Assembly (NCBI GenBank): GCA_012974435.1
Contig: JAAXQF010000085.1
Location: 1-50,463 of the forward strand
DNA: 50,463 bases
Reading direction: 5' to 3'
Source: Desulfuromonadales bacterium
Lineage (GTDB): Bacteria > Desulfobacterota > Desulfuromonadia > Desulfuromonadales > BM103
Shown here one piece after another: positions 1 through 9,262 of the stretch (position 1 is the first letter of the stretch; each line of letters starts with the position of its first letter). A program made the translations under genes and the position numbers. The notes below the pieces were generated by a model. The model saw nothing but the letters and a program-made list of their open reading frames with translations, made no database searches and was not told the origin of the DNA.

Positions 1-1320
1 AGACAGATCCTGCAACGTGTAGAAGAGGGCGGCTATGCCGATCGACTTCTGGATAGCTACCTTGATCGCAACCCGGGAATGGATCCGCGCGAGCGGGGGC
101 TGCTGACCGAGCTGGTCTATGGGCTCCTACGGTTGCGCGGGCGGGTCGATTTTGCGTTGGAGCAATTCTCCCGGCAAACGCTGCAACGCCTTGAGTCCAA
201 CACCTTGCTCCTGCTTCGCCTCGGCGCTTACCAGTTGCTCGAACTCGACCGTATCCCGCCACATGCTGCGGTGCATGCCACCGTCGAATTGGCCCACCAG
301 GTCGGTATGGGACGGGTCGCCGGTCTGGTTAACGGTACGCTACGCACTCTGATCCGTGAGCAAGCCACGATCGAATGGCCGACACCGGAGAATCTGAAGG
401 CGTATCTGCAACATAACTGCAGCCTACCGCCCTGGCTGGCTAAAGAATTACTGCGTCAATTCCCCAATATTGACTCCCAGGCTCTGGCGGAAGCATTTAC
501 CAAAGCTGCGCCACTAAGCCTGCGAACCAACACCCTGAAGACCGATCGCGAGACCTTGCTGACCGCGCTTGCGGAAGCCGGCCACATTGCCAGGCCCTGC
601 TATTACTCCGCCGAAGGCATCATCGTTGAGAAACGAGCCGCACAGCCTTTACCAGGAGACAGTGACGGCTGGTACCAGGTCCAGGATGAGGCGAGCATGT
701 TGATGGCTCACCTGCTCGACCCTCAACCGGGAGACAGAATCCTTGACAGCTGCGCCGCCCCCGGCGGCAAAACCACACATATTGCTGCCCTGACGGATAA
801 TCAAGCTCAGATTATGGCCCTTGAAAAATATCCACAGCGTGTTGAGCTGATCACTCAGGGAGCGAACCGTATCGGTGCTCAAAACATCGAAGCCCGTTGT
901 TGGGATCTCACCGAACAACCTGAGTTTCTTGAACCGGAGAGTTTTGACCGAATCCTCGTTGATGCGCCGTGCAGCGGCCTTGGCGTGCTGCGCCGCAACC
1001 CCGAGAGCCGCTGGAGTCGGCGACCGGCCGACATCAAGGAACTGGTCGAACTGCAACGTACCATTCTCAAACAAGTGGCTCCCCTGTTACGCCCCGGCGG
1101 TCATCTGCTTTACTCGGTCTGCACCTTCACCGCGGCCGAGACCGACGCCATCGCGCATAATTTTCTCGCAACACATCCGGGATTTAAACAAGAAGATTTT
1201 CGCACCCTCTTGCCTGCAGAATGGCAGGAACTGACCACCGAAAAGGGTTGTGTTCGAACCTTGCCGCATCATCATGATGGTATGGACGCCTTTTTTGCAG
1301 CACGGTTTATTAAAAGCTGA
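1..1320 (+). CDS. rsmB: 16S rRNA (C967-C5) methyltransferase RsmB/Sun, 5'-truncated at the window edge
   Basis: NusB-like N-terminus, VQDEAS, D-CAAPGGKT, ILVDAPCSG and YSVCT motifs; frame is open from base 1. Confidence 0.93.
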   Translation, partial: RQILQRVEEGGYADRLLDSYLDRNPGMDPRERGLLTELVYGLLRLRGRVDFALEQFSRQTLQRLESNTLLLLRLGAYQLLELDRIPPHAAVHATVELAHQVGMGRVAGLVNGTLRTLIREQATIEWPTPENLKAYLQHNCSLPPWLAKELLRQFPNIDSQALAEAFTKAAPLSLRTNTLKTDRETLLTALAEAGHIARPCYYSAEGIIVEKRAAQPLPGDSDGWYQVQDEASMLMAHLLDPQPGDRILDSCAAPGGKTTHIAALTDNQAQIMALEKYPQRVELITQGANRIGAQNIEARCWDLTEQPEFLEPESFDRILVDAPCSGLGVLRRNPESRWSRRPADIKELVELQRTILKQVAPLLRPGGHLLYSVCTFTAAETDAIAHNFLATHPGFKQEDFRTLLPAEWQELTTEKGCVRTLPHHHDGMDAFFAARFIKS

Positions 1321-1371
1321 CTGGTCAAAACATTTTCAAATAGGTTATAAAGGTTTTATTCTTTATCTTTT

Positions 1372-1398
1372 CTTCGTGCCCTTCGTGATCTTCGTGGT
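1372..1398. repeat. Three tandem 9-bp repeats (CTTCGTGnn)
   Basis: cttcgtgcc cttcgtgat cttcgtggt in the rsmB-rpe intergenic region. Confidence 0.7.
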
Positions 1399-1430
1399 CA
1401 TAGCGGGTTCACTTTTGACCGGAGTAGCAA

Positions 1431-2096
1431 ATGATCAAGATATCCCCATCGATTCTTTCCGCTGATTTTTCCCGTCTCGGGGAAGACATTCAGGCGGTAG
1501 ACCGTGCCGGCGCCGATTACATTCACATTGATGTCATGGACGGTCACTTTGTTCCCAACATCACCATCGGTCCGCTGGTGGTTGATGCCTTGCGTAAAGT
1601 GACTGACAAACCTCTCGACGTGCACCTGATGATCGAAAACCCGGACCTCTATATCCCCGACTTTGCCAAGGCCGGTGCCGACATCATCACCGTCCATCAG
1701 GAAGCGGTACCGCACCTGCATCGCACCGTACAGTTGATCAAGAGCCTCGGCAAGAAAGCCGGTGTCTCGCTCAATCCGGCCACACCGGTAGAGACTCTCG
1801 ATGTCATTCTCGACGAGCTTGATCTGGTGCTGATCATGTCTGTCAACCCCGGTTTCGGCGGACAGTCTTTCATCCCGTCGGCTCTCGACAAAATCAGCGC
1901 GCTGCGTCAACGCATCACGGAACGCGGCCTCTCAACTGAGTTGGAAGTCGATGGCGGCGTCAAGATCGACAATATTCGTGAAGTGGTGGCCGCGGGAGCA
2001 GACGTCCTGGTTGCCGGTAGCGCCGTTTTCAACACCGAGGATTACGCCGCGACCATTACCGCCTTACGAGAAAACGCTGCCAGTACAACAGCATGA
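1431..2096 (+). CDS. rpe: Ribulose-phosphate 3-epimerase
   Basis: [31 protein letters not shown] and EVDGG motifs. Confidence 0.97.
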   Translation: MIKISPSILSADFSRLGEDIQAVDRAGADYIHIDVMDGHFVPNITIGPLVVDALRKVTDKPLDVHLMIENPDLYIPDFAKAGADIITVHQEAVPHLHRTVQLIKSLGKKAGVSLNPATPVETLDVILDELDLVLIMSVNPGFGGQSFIPSALDKISALRQRITERGLSTELEVDGGVKIDNIREVVAAGADVLVAGSAVFNTEDYAATITALRENAASTTA

Positions 2097-2674
2097 TGCT
2101 TGATCGCGGTTGCCTGGCCAGCCATCTGCAGGCTTTTCCCAAAAAAATCATTCCGGTTGCCTCCTTGCGGCCCGCCGCTGTGCTGATTCCTCTCTATCAG
2201 CGCAATGGTCGTGATTACCTGCTCTTCACCGAGCGCACGGCACATCTTGTACACCACGCCGGTGAGATTTCTTTTCCCGGTGGCGGTTATGATCACGGTG
2301 ATAAGGATTTAAGTGCCACGGCCCTGCGTGAAACGGAAGAAGAGCTGGGGATTGCCCGCTCACAAGTAGAAGTCCTCGGGCGTCTGGATGATTTCTATTC
2401 GGTACACGGCTATCACGTGGTGCCTTTTGTCGGCACCATCCCACTTCCCGATAACCTGCAGCACGATCCTTTTGAAATTGCCGGCACCTTCGAGGCCCCG
2501 CTGGATCATTTTCGGAACCCGTCAACTCATCGTATCGAAAACTGGCAACACCTCGGCCGAACGCATCCGGTCGACTTCTATGAGTTCGAAGAGCACACCA
2601 TCTGGGGCCTGACTGCAGCAATTCTGCGTCAGTTTATCGAGGAAACCGCTGCTCTCAGAACAGTGGAGTTTTAA
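2093..2674 (+). CDS. Nudix hydrolase, CoA pyrophosphatase (NudL-like)
   Basis: AAVLIPL...[10 protein letters not shown]...[10 protein letters not shown] Nudix box; IWGLTA C-terminal motif. Confidence 0.9.
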   Translation: MMLDRGCLASHLQAFPKKIIPVASLRPAAVLIPLYQRNGRDYLLFTERTAHLVHHAGEISFPGGGYDHGDKDLSATALRETEEELGIARSQVEVLGRLDDFYSVHGYHVVPFVGTIPLPDNLQHDPFEIAGTFEAPLDHFRNPSTHRIENWQHLGRTHPVDFYEFEEHTIWGLTAAILRQFIEETAALRTVEF

Positions 2675-2743
2675 CAGTCATATAAAGTAAAACAAGTGGT
2701 GTTCTTTTTCGGAGAGATCTGCGAGGAGGATACGCTGAAGAAA

Positions 2744-3025
2744 CTAGAAGGATTCGCTTGATGAGAAAGAAGAGCTAAGCAGGGTGTCCAGATCACCTTT
2801 TTCGTTGAGATCAAAGAGTTCTAGGCAGCCACCAATCGGAGTATCGTTGATAAAAATGCCCGGCACCTTCTGGCTTTGAGCACGCTGCTGCATTTCTGCT
2901 GCCTTGAGCCGGTCATCAGTGATATCGTATTCGACAAAGTTGACGCCCTTGATGTGTAACAGCTCCTTGGCGCGATCACAATAGGCACAATAAAGCTTGG
3001 TATAAATTTCTATCTTGATGCTCAT
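2744..3025 (-). CDS. grxC: Glutaredoxin 3-like protein
   Basis: YTKLYCAYC (CxxC), VPxIFI and IGG motifs. Confidence 0.8.
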   Translation of the reverse strand: MSIKIEIYTKLYCAYCDRAKELLHIKGVNFVEYDITDDRLKAAEMQQRAQSQKVPGIFINDTPIGGCLELFDLNEKGDLDTLLSSSFSSSESF

Positions 3026-3115
3026 GGCCACTGCTTCCCAAGAGTTCTGTTTCTTTCTGAGAACTCAAGACTAACCGAGTCAGTGCAAGATGCAAGTTGC
3101 AGAAAGGAAAATCCG

Positions 3116-3541
3116 GTGATTTTGAACTTTATGAAGGTTTTGTGCTCATCTGCCATCCTTTTCTCCCTGTTGGCGTGCGGTAGCAGTTTTGACAAGTCGG
3201 TCAATGCGGTTGGTGAAATGAGCCGTGACGATTTCATGAATGCACTACGCTGGAAGCAGTACAAGGTTGCCGCAGAGTTTATGCTTCCTGAGAATCGCAA
3301 GGACTTCCTCGCCACCTTCAACAAGCTCAAAGATATCCATATCACCGATGTCAGGCTTCTGGACCTGCAGGAAACGGCAGAAGGCAGACGTTTTGAAACA
3401 TCGATCGAAATGGATTACTACCTGTTGCCCTCGGTCTCGGTGAAAACCTTCAACTTCGATCAGGACTGGGTTTATTTTGCCGGTGAAGGCTCTTCACAAA
3501 AAGGGTTCCGGATCATCACCTCCTTTCCCGACTTTCCATAA
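3116..3541 (+). CDS. Hypothetical lipoprotein
   Basis: Hydrophobic signal with lipobox LLAC; SD-like AAGGA before GTG 3116 (ATG 3131 is an alternative start). Confidence 0.7.
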   Translation: MILNFMKVLCSSAILFSLLACGSSFDKSVNAVGEMSRDDFMNALRWKQYKVAAEFMLPENRKDFLATFNKLKDIHITDVRLLDLQETAEGRRFETSIEMDYYLLPSVSVKTFNFDQDWVYFAGEGSSQKGFRIITSFPDFP

Positions 3542-3756
3542 AAGATCGAGTCGATAAGGACTCACCAGATAGCCGTCAAAAGCAGAGCCAGATTGCCATT
3601 GCCGGCCCATTCTCTTTGATTAAAAAAAAACGGTCTTTCCCCTCAGGGATGTCACCTTGGCGAAAGACTTGTCTAAGCCCCGTCAAAAGCCCATTAAAGG
3701 GTGTTATCACAGCTTAATTTTCCCTTGATTTTCCAAGCATCGTTATGGTATTTACC

Positions 3757-3775
3757 TGCATACTGTATACAAAAT
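3757..3775 (+). promoter_or_regulatory. Operator motif GCATACTGTATACAAAAT just downstream of the putative sfrB promoter (TTGATT 3725, TGgTATTTA 3746-3754)
   Basis: Near-identical copies at 27157-27175 and 36518-36536. Confidence 0.7.
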
Positions 3776-3878
3776 GAGTTAATGAAAATAGAGCACACAC
3801 TACGACCTGAAAAGCGCCGAGGCGCTTTTTTGCTGTTTTTTTGTGCGCCGAAAAACTGACCGAAATGGGAGGTTCAAC

Positions 3879-5828
3879 TTGGCTGAAGTCGTTTTTTCCA
3901 GCTGGGGCGGTAAGGTGATTGACAATCGGCAGGGTGGTGAGCCGGAAGCTGCTGCCTTTAAGCTGCCGGGCAACTATCTTGACGAAGGCAACGTAGGCGC
4001 CTTCATGGGCTGGGACGGCGTTATCGTCCTGGACAAAGATGTCGATATTGTCACCATGGCCGCTGAGTATATGAAGCGTGTTCAGGAGAAGTACTGTTGT
4101 GCGAAGTGCACCCCCGGTAAACGTGGGACGCGGGTCATGATGGATACCTTGGCACGAATTCTTGCCGGACACGGTGAAGAGAGCGATCTGGACACCTTGA
4201 CCGGGTTGAGCGACCTGCTCGACAACTGCAAATGCACACTCTGCATGACAGCGGCCAGACCGATTCTCGATACGGTGAAATATTTCCGTGATGACTACCT
4301 GGCCTTTTTGCGTGGTGAGCGCAAGAGTAAGAAGGCCAAGGGCTATCGCGACAAGCTGACGGCGCCCTGTATGGATCGCTGCCCGGCGCATATTGATATC
4401 CCGGCCTATATCGAGGAGATCAAGGATTATCGCCACGACGAAGCACTGGGGACCATCCGCAATCGGATGCCGATCCCGGCTGTCTGTGGTCGCGTCTGTC
4501 CACACCCATGTGAGACAGCCTGCCGCCGTGCATTGATTGACGAGCCGGTCAGTATCATGGTTCTCAAGCGTGTTGCCTCCGATCATGAACTGCTGCATGT
4601 TCAGGAGCCACCGCATAAAGCCAAGGCACCAACGGGCAAGAAAATCATGGTTGTCGGTGCCGGCCCTGCCGGTTTGACCTGCGCCTATTACCTGGCGCTC
4701 GAAGGGCACAAGGTCAAGATTATTGACATGCTCAATGAGCCGGGCGGTACGGTTGCTGTCGGCATTCCTGATTATCGTATGCCGCGCCCGCTGCTGCAGC
4801 GTGAAGCCGATATTATCGCCGATCTCGGTGTTGAAATTGAATATGGCGTCAAGCTCGGCCGCGATGTTTCGCTGCGTGAGCTGAAAGAGCAATACGATGC
4901 TGTTTTCCTTGGCACCGGTGCTTTCAAGTCTAAGCCGATGGGCGTCGAAGGTGAGGATGAAGGCTACAACGGCTTCTCCGAAGGTGGTATCCACTATCTA
5001 CGTAAAGTTGCTCTTGGCGAAGGGATGGTCACACCCAAGCGTGTCATCGTCGTCGGCGGTGGCAATACAGCCATCGACTGCGTGCGCGTTGCCCTGCGCG
5101 AAGGCTGTGAAGATTCGATCCTGGTTTACCGTCGTACTCGCAAAGAGATGCCGGCGGAATCCTACGAGGTCGATGACGCTGAAGACGAAAATGTTCAGTT
5201 CGAATTCCTGCGCAACCCCACCCGCTTGATTGTCGAAGACAACACTGTGGTTGGCGTTGAGGTTATCAAGATGGAGCTCGGCGAGCCTGATGATTCAGGT
5301 CGTCGCCGACCGGTGGAAGTTGCCGGCAGCGAGTATGTGATTCCCTGCGACATGGTTATCCCGGCGATCGGTCAGGATCCTGACCTCAGCTACCTTGAGG
5401 ATGGTGATTACGGCATCGAGCAAACCCGCTGGAACAGCATTATCACCAAGGGCGGTACTATGATGACTGACAACGAAGGCGTCTTCGCCGGTGGTGACTG
5501 TGAATATGGTGCCATGACCGTTGTCCTGGCAGTCGGCCACGGTCATCGTGCCGCACGCACCATGCACCGTTACCTCACGGAAGGCAAAGTCTACCTCGAC
5601 GAAGAGGACGCCATGGAGGACATCGTCAACAACCTCGGCGTGTTCGACAAGGAAGAGAACCTCGGCATCATCGGCGGTCTGCATCGTGAGCACCAGCCCA
5701 AGATTGAGGGTGCTGAACGTGCGCAGAACTACGATGAGATCGAACTGGCCATGCCTGAAAGTCAGGCGGTCAGGGAAGCTGAGCGTTGCCTGCGTTGTTA
5801 CCGCGTCGCCATGCTGGCAGTTAACTAA
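3879..5828 (+). CDS. sfrB: NADPH oxidoreductase beta subunit (SfrB; GltD-like FAD/Fe-S protein with N-terminal NuoF-like 4Fe-4S segment)
   Basis: TTG start after GGGAGG; N-terminus AEVVFSSWG; CCAKCTPG, CxxxCP, GAGPAG, GGGNTAID and EAERCLRC motifs. Confidence 0.88.
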   Translation: MAEVVFSSWGGKVIDNRQGGEPEAAAFKLPGNYLDEGNVGAFMGWDGVIVLDKDVDIVTMAAEYMKRVQEKYCCAKCTPGKRGTRVMMDTLARILAGHGEESDLDTLTGLSDLLDNCKCTLCMTAARPILDTVKYFRDDYLAFLRGERKSKKAKGYRDKLTAPCMDRCPAHIDIPAYIEEIKDYRHDEALGTIRNRMPIPAVCGRVCPHPCETACRRALIDEPVSIMVLKRVASDHELLHVQEPPHKAKAPTGKKIMVVGAGPAGLTCAYYLALEGHKVKIIDMLNEPGGTVAVGIPDYRMPRPLLQREADIIADLGVEIEYGVKLGRDVSLRELKEQYDAVFLGTGAFKSKPMGVEGEDEGYNGFSEGGIHYLRKVALGEGMVTPKRVIVVGGGNTAIDCVRVALREGCEDSILVYRRTRKEMPAESYEVDDAEDENVQFEFLRNPTRLIVEDNTVVGVEVIKMELGEPDDSGRRRPVEVAGSEYVIPCDMVIPAIGQDPDLSYLEDGDYGIEQTRWNSIITKGGTMMTDNEGVFAGGDCEYGAMTVVLAVGHGHRAARTMHRYLTEGKVYLDEEDAMEDIVNNLGVFDKEENLGIIGGLHREHQPKIEGAERAQNYDEIELAMPESQAVREAERCLRCYRVAMLAVN

Positions 5829-5852
5829 TAAATTGATTAAAAGGCAGATTCG

Positions 5853-8405
5853 ATGATCAACCTTAAGATCGACGGCAAAGAGGTCCAGATAGCGTCGGGA
5901 GCTACCATTCTTGATGCTGCAGAAACGGTCGGCATCAAGATCCCGACCCTCTGTTACCTGAAAAAGGTCTCGCCAACCGGCGCCTGCCGCGTCTGCGCGG
6001 TGGAAGTCGAAGGTGCAGACAAAACCATGACCGCCTGCAACACCCGTGCGGTTGACGGCATGGTCGTTACGACCCAATCTGAAAAGCTCTCCAAGATCCG
6101 ACGAGAGTTGGTTGAGCTGCTACTGGTCAATCATCCCCTTGATTGCCCCGTCTGCGACGCTGGTGGCGAATGCGACCTGCAGGACATCTGCTACTCTCAG
6201 GATGTTGTGCGCCAGCCTTTCGGAGCAGATGATGTCAACGCCGAGACCATCGACCACTGGCCGTTGATCCAGCAAGTTCCCAACCGCTGCATCATGTGCG
6301 AGAAATGCGTCAAGACCTGTCATGAGACGATCGGCTCAAGCGCTCTTTTCGTCAACGAAAAAGGTGATAAGGCCTTTGTCGACAAGGATCTCGACAAGTG
6401 TGAGTTCTGTGGTAACTGTGTCCAGGTCTGTCCGACCGGTACCATGATCTCCAAGCCCTTCAAGTTCAAGGCCCGTCCCTGGGAGCTACGCAAGACCCAA
6501 TCGGTCTGTACCCTCTGCTCTGCCCAGTGCCAGGTGGAAATGCACAGCAAGCAGGGCAAGGTCATGCGCGTCACCTCTGAAGATGGTGTCACGGTCAACG
6601 ACGGCAACCTCTGCGTTGGCGGCTTTTTCGGCCACGATTACCTGAATAGCGATCAGCGTCTGACAGCTCCACTGGTTGCACAGCAGGAGACCTCCTGGGA
6701 AATCGCTCTCGACAAGGTGGTCAGCGAATTATCCAACCTACGCGAGCAGCAGGGCGGTCAAGCTATTGCCGGCCTGGCCTCGCCGCACCTGACCAACGAA
6801 GAGAACTACCTTTTTCAGAAACTCTTCCGCGTCGCCCTGAACAGCAACAACATCGACTCCGAAGCACGCTTCAACAGCCTGCGTGCCGCCAAAGTGCTGA
6901 ATGAGCAGCTCAAGCTGAACGGCGCCAGCAACCCGATGGACCGCATCGGAACAGCAGAAGCCGTTTTGGTCTTCGGTGCAGACCTGCGCTCCGAATCCCC
7001 TGCGCTTAACTGGCAGGTGCAGCTGGCCGCACGTAAAAATGATACCCGCCTGATCGTCGCCAACCAGCGTCAGACCAAACTGGTCAAGCAAGCTGAAAGC
7101 TATCTGCAATACCGTGCCGGCAGCGAGGCTTCCCTGGCAGGAGCACTGGCCAAGCTTCTGGTCGGCAAGGGTCAGACAGACAACGACTACCTCAACCGCT
7201 TCGTTGCCAACCGTGACGAACTGGATCAATACCTGAGCAATCTCGACATTGACGCAGCCTGCGCCGCAAGTGGCGTCAACCGTGCTCAACTGGAAGAAGC
7301 CGCCGACCACCTTGGTCAAGCGTCTTCCGTGGCCATCATCATCGGTCGGGACGTCATGGCTTCAGCACAAGCTGAAAACGCCGTCGCGGCCCTGGCCAAT
7401 CTGGCCATGGTCAGCGGTGCTCTGCACGGTAATCAAGGCGGTCTTTTCCCGGTCGCCAGTAAAGGCAACACCCAAGGCCTTATCGATGCCGGTGTTGCCC
7501 CTGAATTTTTACCTGGCCTGGTTGATTATGCAGCAGGCAAGGAAAAGTATGCGTCTGCATGGCACGCCACTCTGCCCGAAGGCGGAGCGGATGCAACAGG
7601 AATACTCAGTGGCATAGAGCAAGGAACCATCAAGGCGCTCTTCCTGGCCGGAACCAACCCTCTGGTCAACTTCCCGGAGAGTAGCCGCTGGCGCAAGGCC
7701 CTTGAGAAGCTTGAGCTACTCGTGGTTCAGGACATTCTCTCCAGCGATCTGACACGACTCGCAACAGTGGTGCTTCCCGGATCGGCGAGCGCTGAGAAAC
7801 GCGGTAGTGTGACATCTCTTGATCAACGAGTTAACAAGTTGAGAATTGCTGTCGCAGCCCCCGGTGAAGCGCGCCCTGACCTGGCAATCTTCAGCGATCT
7901 TTTTGCCCGCTTAACCGGTAAACCGGAGCCCAGCGAAAAGGCCATCCGCCAGGAGATGATGTCTCTCAGCGGCAGTTATGGCGATGTCTGTCAGAGCCTC
8001 GAGCAGAGCAACTTCTGCTGGAAGCAGGCGTATACTCCTGAAAACAATAGCCTGATGGCAGCAACACCTGAACTTGCAAGCCCTGCTCCAGCCGAGATGC
8101 AGCTTCTGGTCAGTAAATGCCCTTTCCAGTTCGGCACCACGACCACCTATTCAGCGGCCAACAACGAACTGGCTCCGGCCGGTGTGATCATCGTCAACCC
8201 TGAGGATGCAGCCAAGCTTGGTATTGCCGATGGTGGCCAGATTAAAGTCACCGGCCCAGCAGGATCAGCAAGTGGTAAGGTCATGGTCAACAGCATGGTT
8301 CCAGTGGGTCTTTTATCCGCAGCAGACAATTTTACTGACATGAACATTCAGCAGATTATGCCGAGCGGTAGCAACTGTGTTGCCGTAACCGCCGCAAAAG
8401 CATAA
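5853..8405 (+). CDS. sfrA: NADPH oxidoreductase alpha subunit (SfrA; NuoG/FDH-like Fe-S protein)
   Basis: IPTLC..GACRVC 2Fe-2S, HPLDCPVC, CIMCEKC, CEFCGNCVQVCP, CTLC..C clusters and molybdopterin-oxidoreductase-like body; follows sfrB. Confidence 0.88.
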   Translation: MINLKIDGKEVQIASGATILDAAETVGIKIPTLCYLKKVSPTGACRVCAVEVEGADKTMTACNTRAVDGMVVTTQSEKLSKIRRELVELLLVNHPLDCPVCDAGGECDLQDICYSQDVVRQPFGADDVNAETIDHWPLIQQVPNRCIMCEKCVKTCHETIGSSALFVNEKGDKAFVDKDLDKCEFCGNCVQVCPTGTMISKPFKFKARPWELRKTQSVCTLCSAQCQVEMHSKQGKVMRVTSEDGVTVNDGNLCVGGFFGHDYLNSDQRLTAPLVAQQETSWEIALDKVVSELSNLREQQGGQAIAGLASPHLTNEENYLFQKLFRVALNSNNIDSEARFNSLRAAKVLNEQLKLNGASNPMDRIGTAEAVLVFGADLRSESPALNWQVQLAARKNDTRLIVANQRQTKLVKQAESYLQYRAGSEASLAGALAKLLVGKGQTDNDYLNRFVANRDELDQYLSNLDIDAACAASGVNRAQLEEAADHLGQASSVAIIIGRDVMASAQAENAVAALANLAMVSGALHGNQGGLFPVASKGNTQGLIDAGVAPEFLPGLVDYAAGKEKYASAWHATLPEGGADATGILSGIEQGTIKALFLAGTNPLVNFPESSRWRKALEKLELLVVQDILSSDLTRLATVVLPGSASAEKRGSVTSLDQRVNKLRIAVAAPGEARPDLAIFSDLFARLTGKPEPSEKAIRQEMMSLSGSYGDVCQSLEQSNFCWKQAYTPENNSLMAATPELASPAPAEMQLLVSKCPFQFGTTTTYSAANNELAPAGVIIVNPEDAAKLGIADGGQIKVTGPAGSASGKVMVNSMVPVGLLSAADNFTDMNIQQIMPSGSNCVAVTAAKA

Positions 8406-8425
8406 AATCAGTTAAATAACATTTC

Positions 8426-8454
8426 AAACGCCCTGCTTTGCGGGGCGTTTTTTT
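8426..8454 (+). terminator. Intrinsic terminator of sfrBA
   Basis: aaacgccctgc-ttt-gcggggcgttt followed by a T tract. Confidence 0.85.
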
Positions 8455-8481
8455 GACTTTTTGTCTGCTTTTTCCTCTCTT

Positions 8482-8507
8482 CTCTTTGCGCTCTTTGCGT
8501 CTTTGCG
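8482..8507. repeat. Tandem 8-9-bp repeats (CTCTTTGCG)
   Basis: ctctttgcg ctctttgcg tctttgcg. Confidence 0.7.
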
Positions 8508-8582
8508 TTAAATTCATTTTGCAATGAGTTAACTGGAGTTTCGTATAAGAGACTGTTTTTTATCTGACGACTGGAGAACACA

Positions 8583-8900
8583 ATGACCATCGAAACTTTC
8601 GAATATCGTGACAAGATCAGCTACAGTGATGAAAAAGCCTGCAAAATTGTTCTGACTGAAGGTGCCCATGCCCGAACCACGCTCTGGTGCCTGAAGCCTG
8701 GTCAACATATTCATCCACACGTACATGCTGGAGATCACGTCTGGATCGTTCTGGAAGGCCGAGGGCTGTTTCTGAGTGAAGGGCTGGCAGAACAACTGAT
8801 CTCTCCGGGGACTATCCTCTCTGCGCCAGCGGGAATTTCCCACGGCGTCGAAAACAACAGTAGCGAAGGGCTGGTATTTGCCAGCATCTCGGCCGGATAA
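8583..8900 (+). CDS. Cupin domain protein
   Basis: PGQHIHPHVH...VLEGRG...PAGISHG cupin motifs; SD GGAG. Confidence 0.88.
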   Translation: MTIETFEYRDKISYSDEKACKIVLTEGAHARTTLWCLKPGQHIHPHVHAGDHVWIVLEGRGLFLSEGLAEQLISPGTILSAPAGISHGVENNSSEGLVFASISAG

Positions 8901-8972
8901 GAAGCTGACCCTGACTGCAGACTCTCCGTAAAACAGGATTAAAATCTCCTGTTTCGCACAACATTAAAAAGA

Positions 8973-9001
8973 TTGAAAGGCCCCATTCTTTTCTATATAT
9001 T
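8973..9001 (+). promoter_or_regulatory. Sigma70-type promoter of the small gene at 9030
   Basis: TTGAAA-17 bp-TATATT. Confidence 0.55.
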
Positions 9002-9029
9002 GGGATTGAAATTAATCCAAGGGGAACTC

Positions 9030-9194
9030 ATGAAATCAATCTTCATTTTAGTTGGCATTGTTGCCGCCTGGTTTATTCTCAATCGCTGGATTCTGCCGCG
9101 TTTCGGGGTCGAGACATGACTGTCTGGTTCCTGCGAACTCCCCGTGCGGGAGGAAGATGAAAATGAAGACCAACAAGAAAAGCCTCATCCGTAA
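9030..9194 (+). CDS. Small membrane protein, candidate selenoprotein (54 aa with UGA30 read as Sec; 29 aa if UGA is a stop)
   Basis: SD AAGGGGA; MKSIFILVGIVAAWFILNRWILPRFGVET-UGA-LSGSCELPVREEDENEDQQEKPHP-TAA; SECIS-like hairpin 9138-9152; own promoter and terminator. Confidence 0.7.
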
Positions 9195-9210
9195 GGATGA
9201 GGCTTTTTTT
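9178..9210 (+). terminator. Intrinsic terminator of the small gene (possibly bidirectional)
   Basis: aaaagcctcatcc-gtaa-ggatgaggcttttttt. Confidence 0.88.
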
Positions 9211-9262
9211 GTTGTCTGAAATTATGGTGGTCCTGCCTTTACGACAGGCTGCCATCAAAGTC

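Noticed and set aside
3573-3690. Direct repeat CCGTCAAAAGC twice, and a possible cyclic-dinucleotide riboswitch upstream of sfrB
   Set aside because: Only two 11-mers 107 bp apart; the GEMM motif elements are not present
3714-6077. Long antisense ORFs (426 aa and 260 aa), and others opposite uvrA, mfd and atp genes
   Set aside because: Shadow ORFs of GC3-biased real genes, with no recognisable motifs
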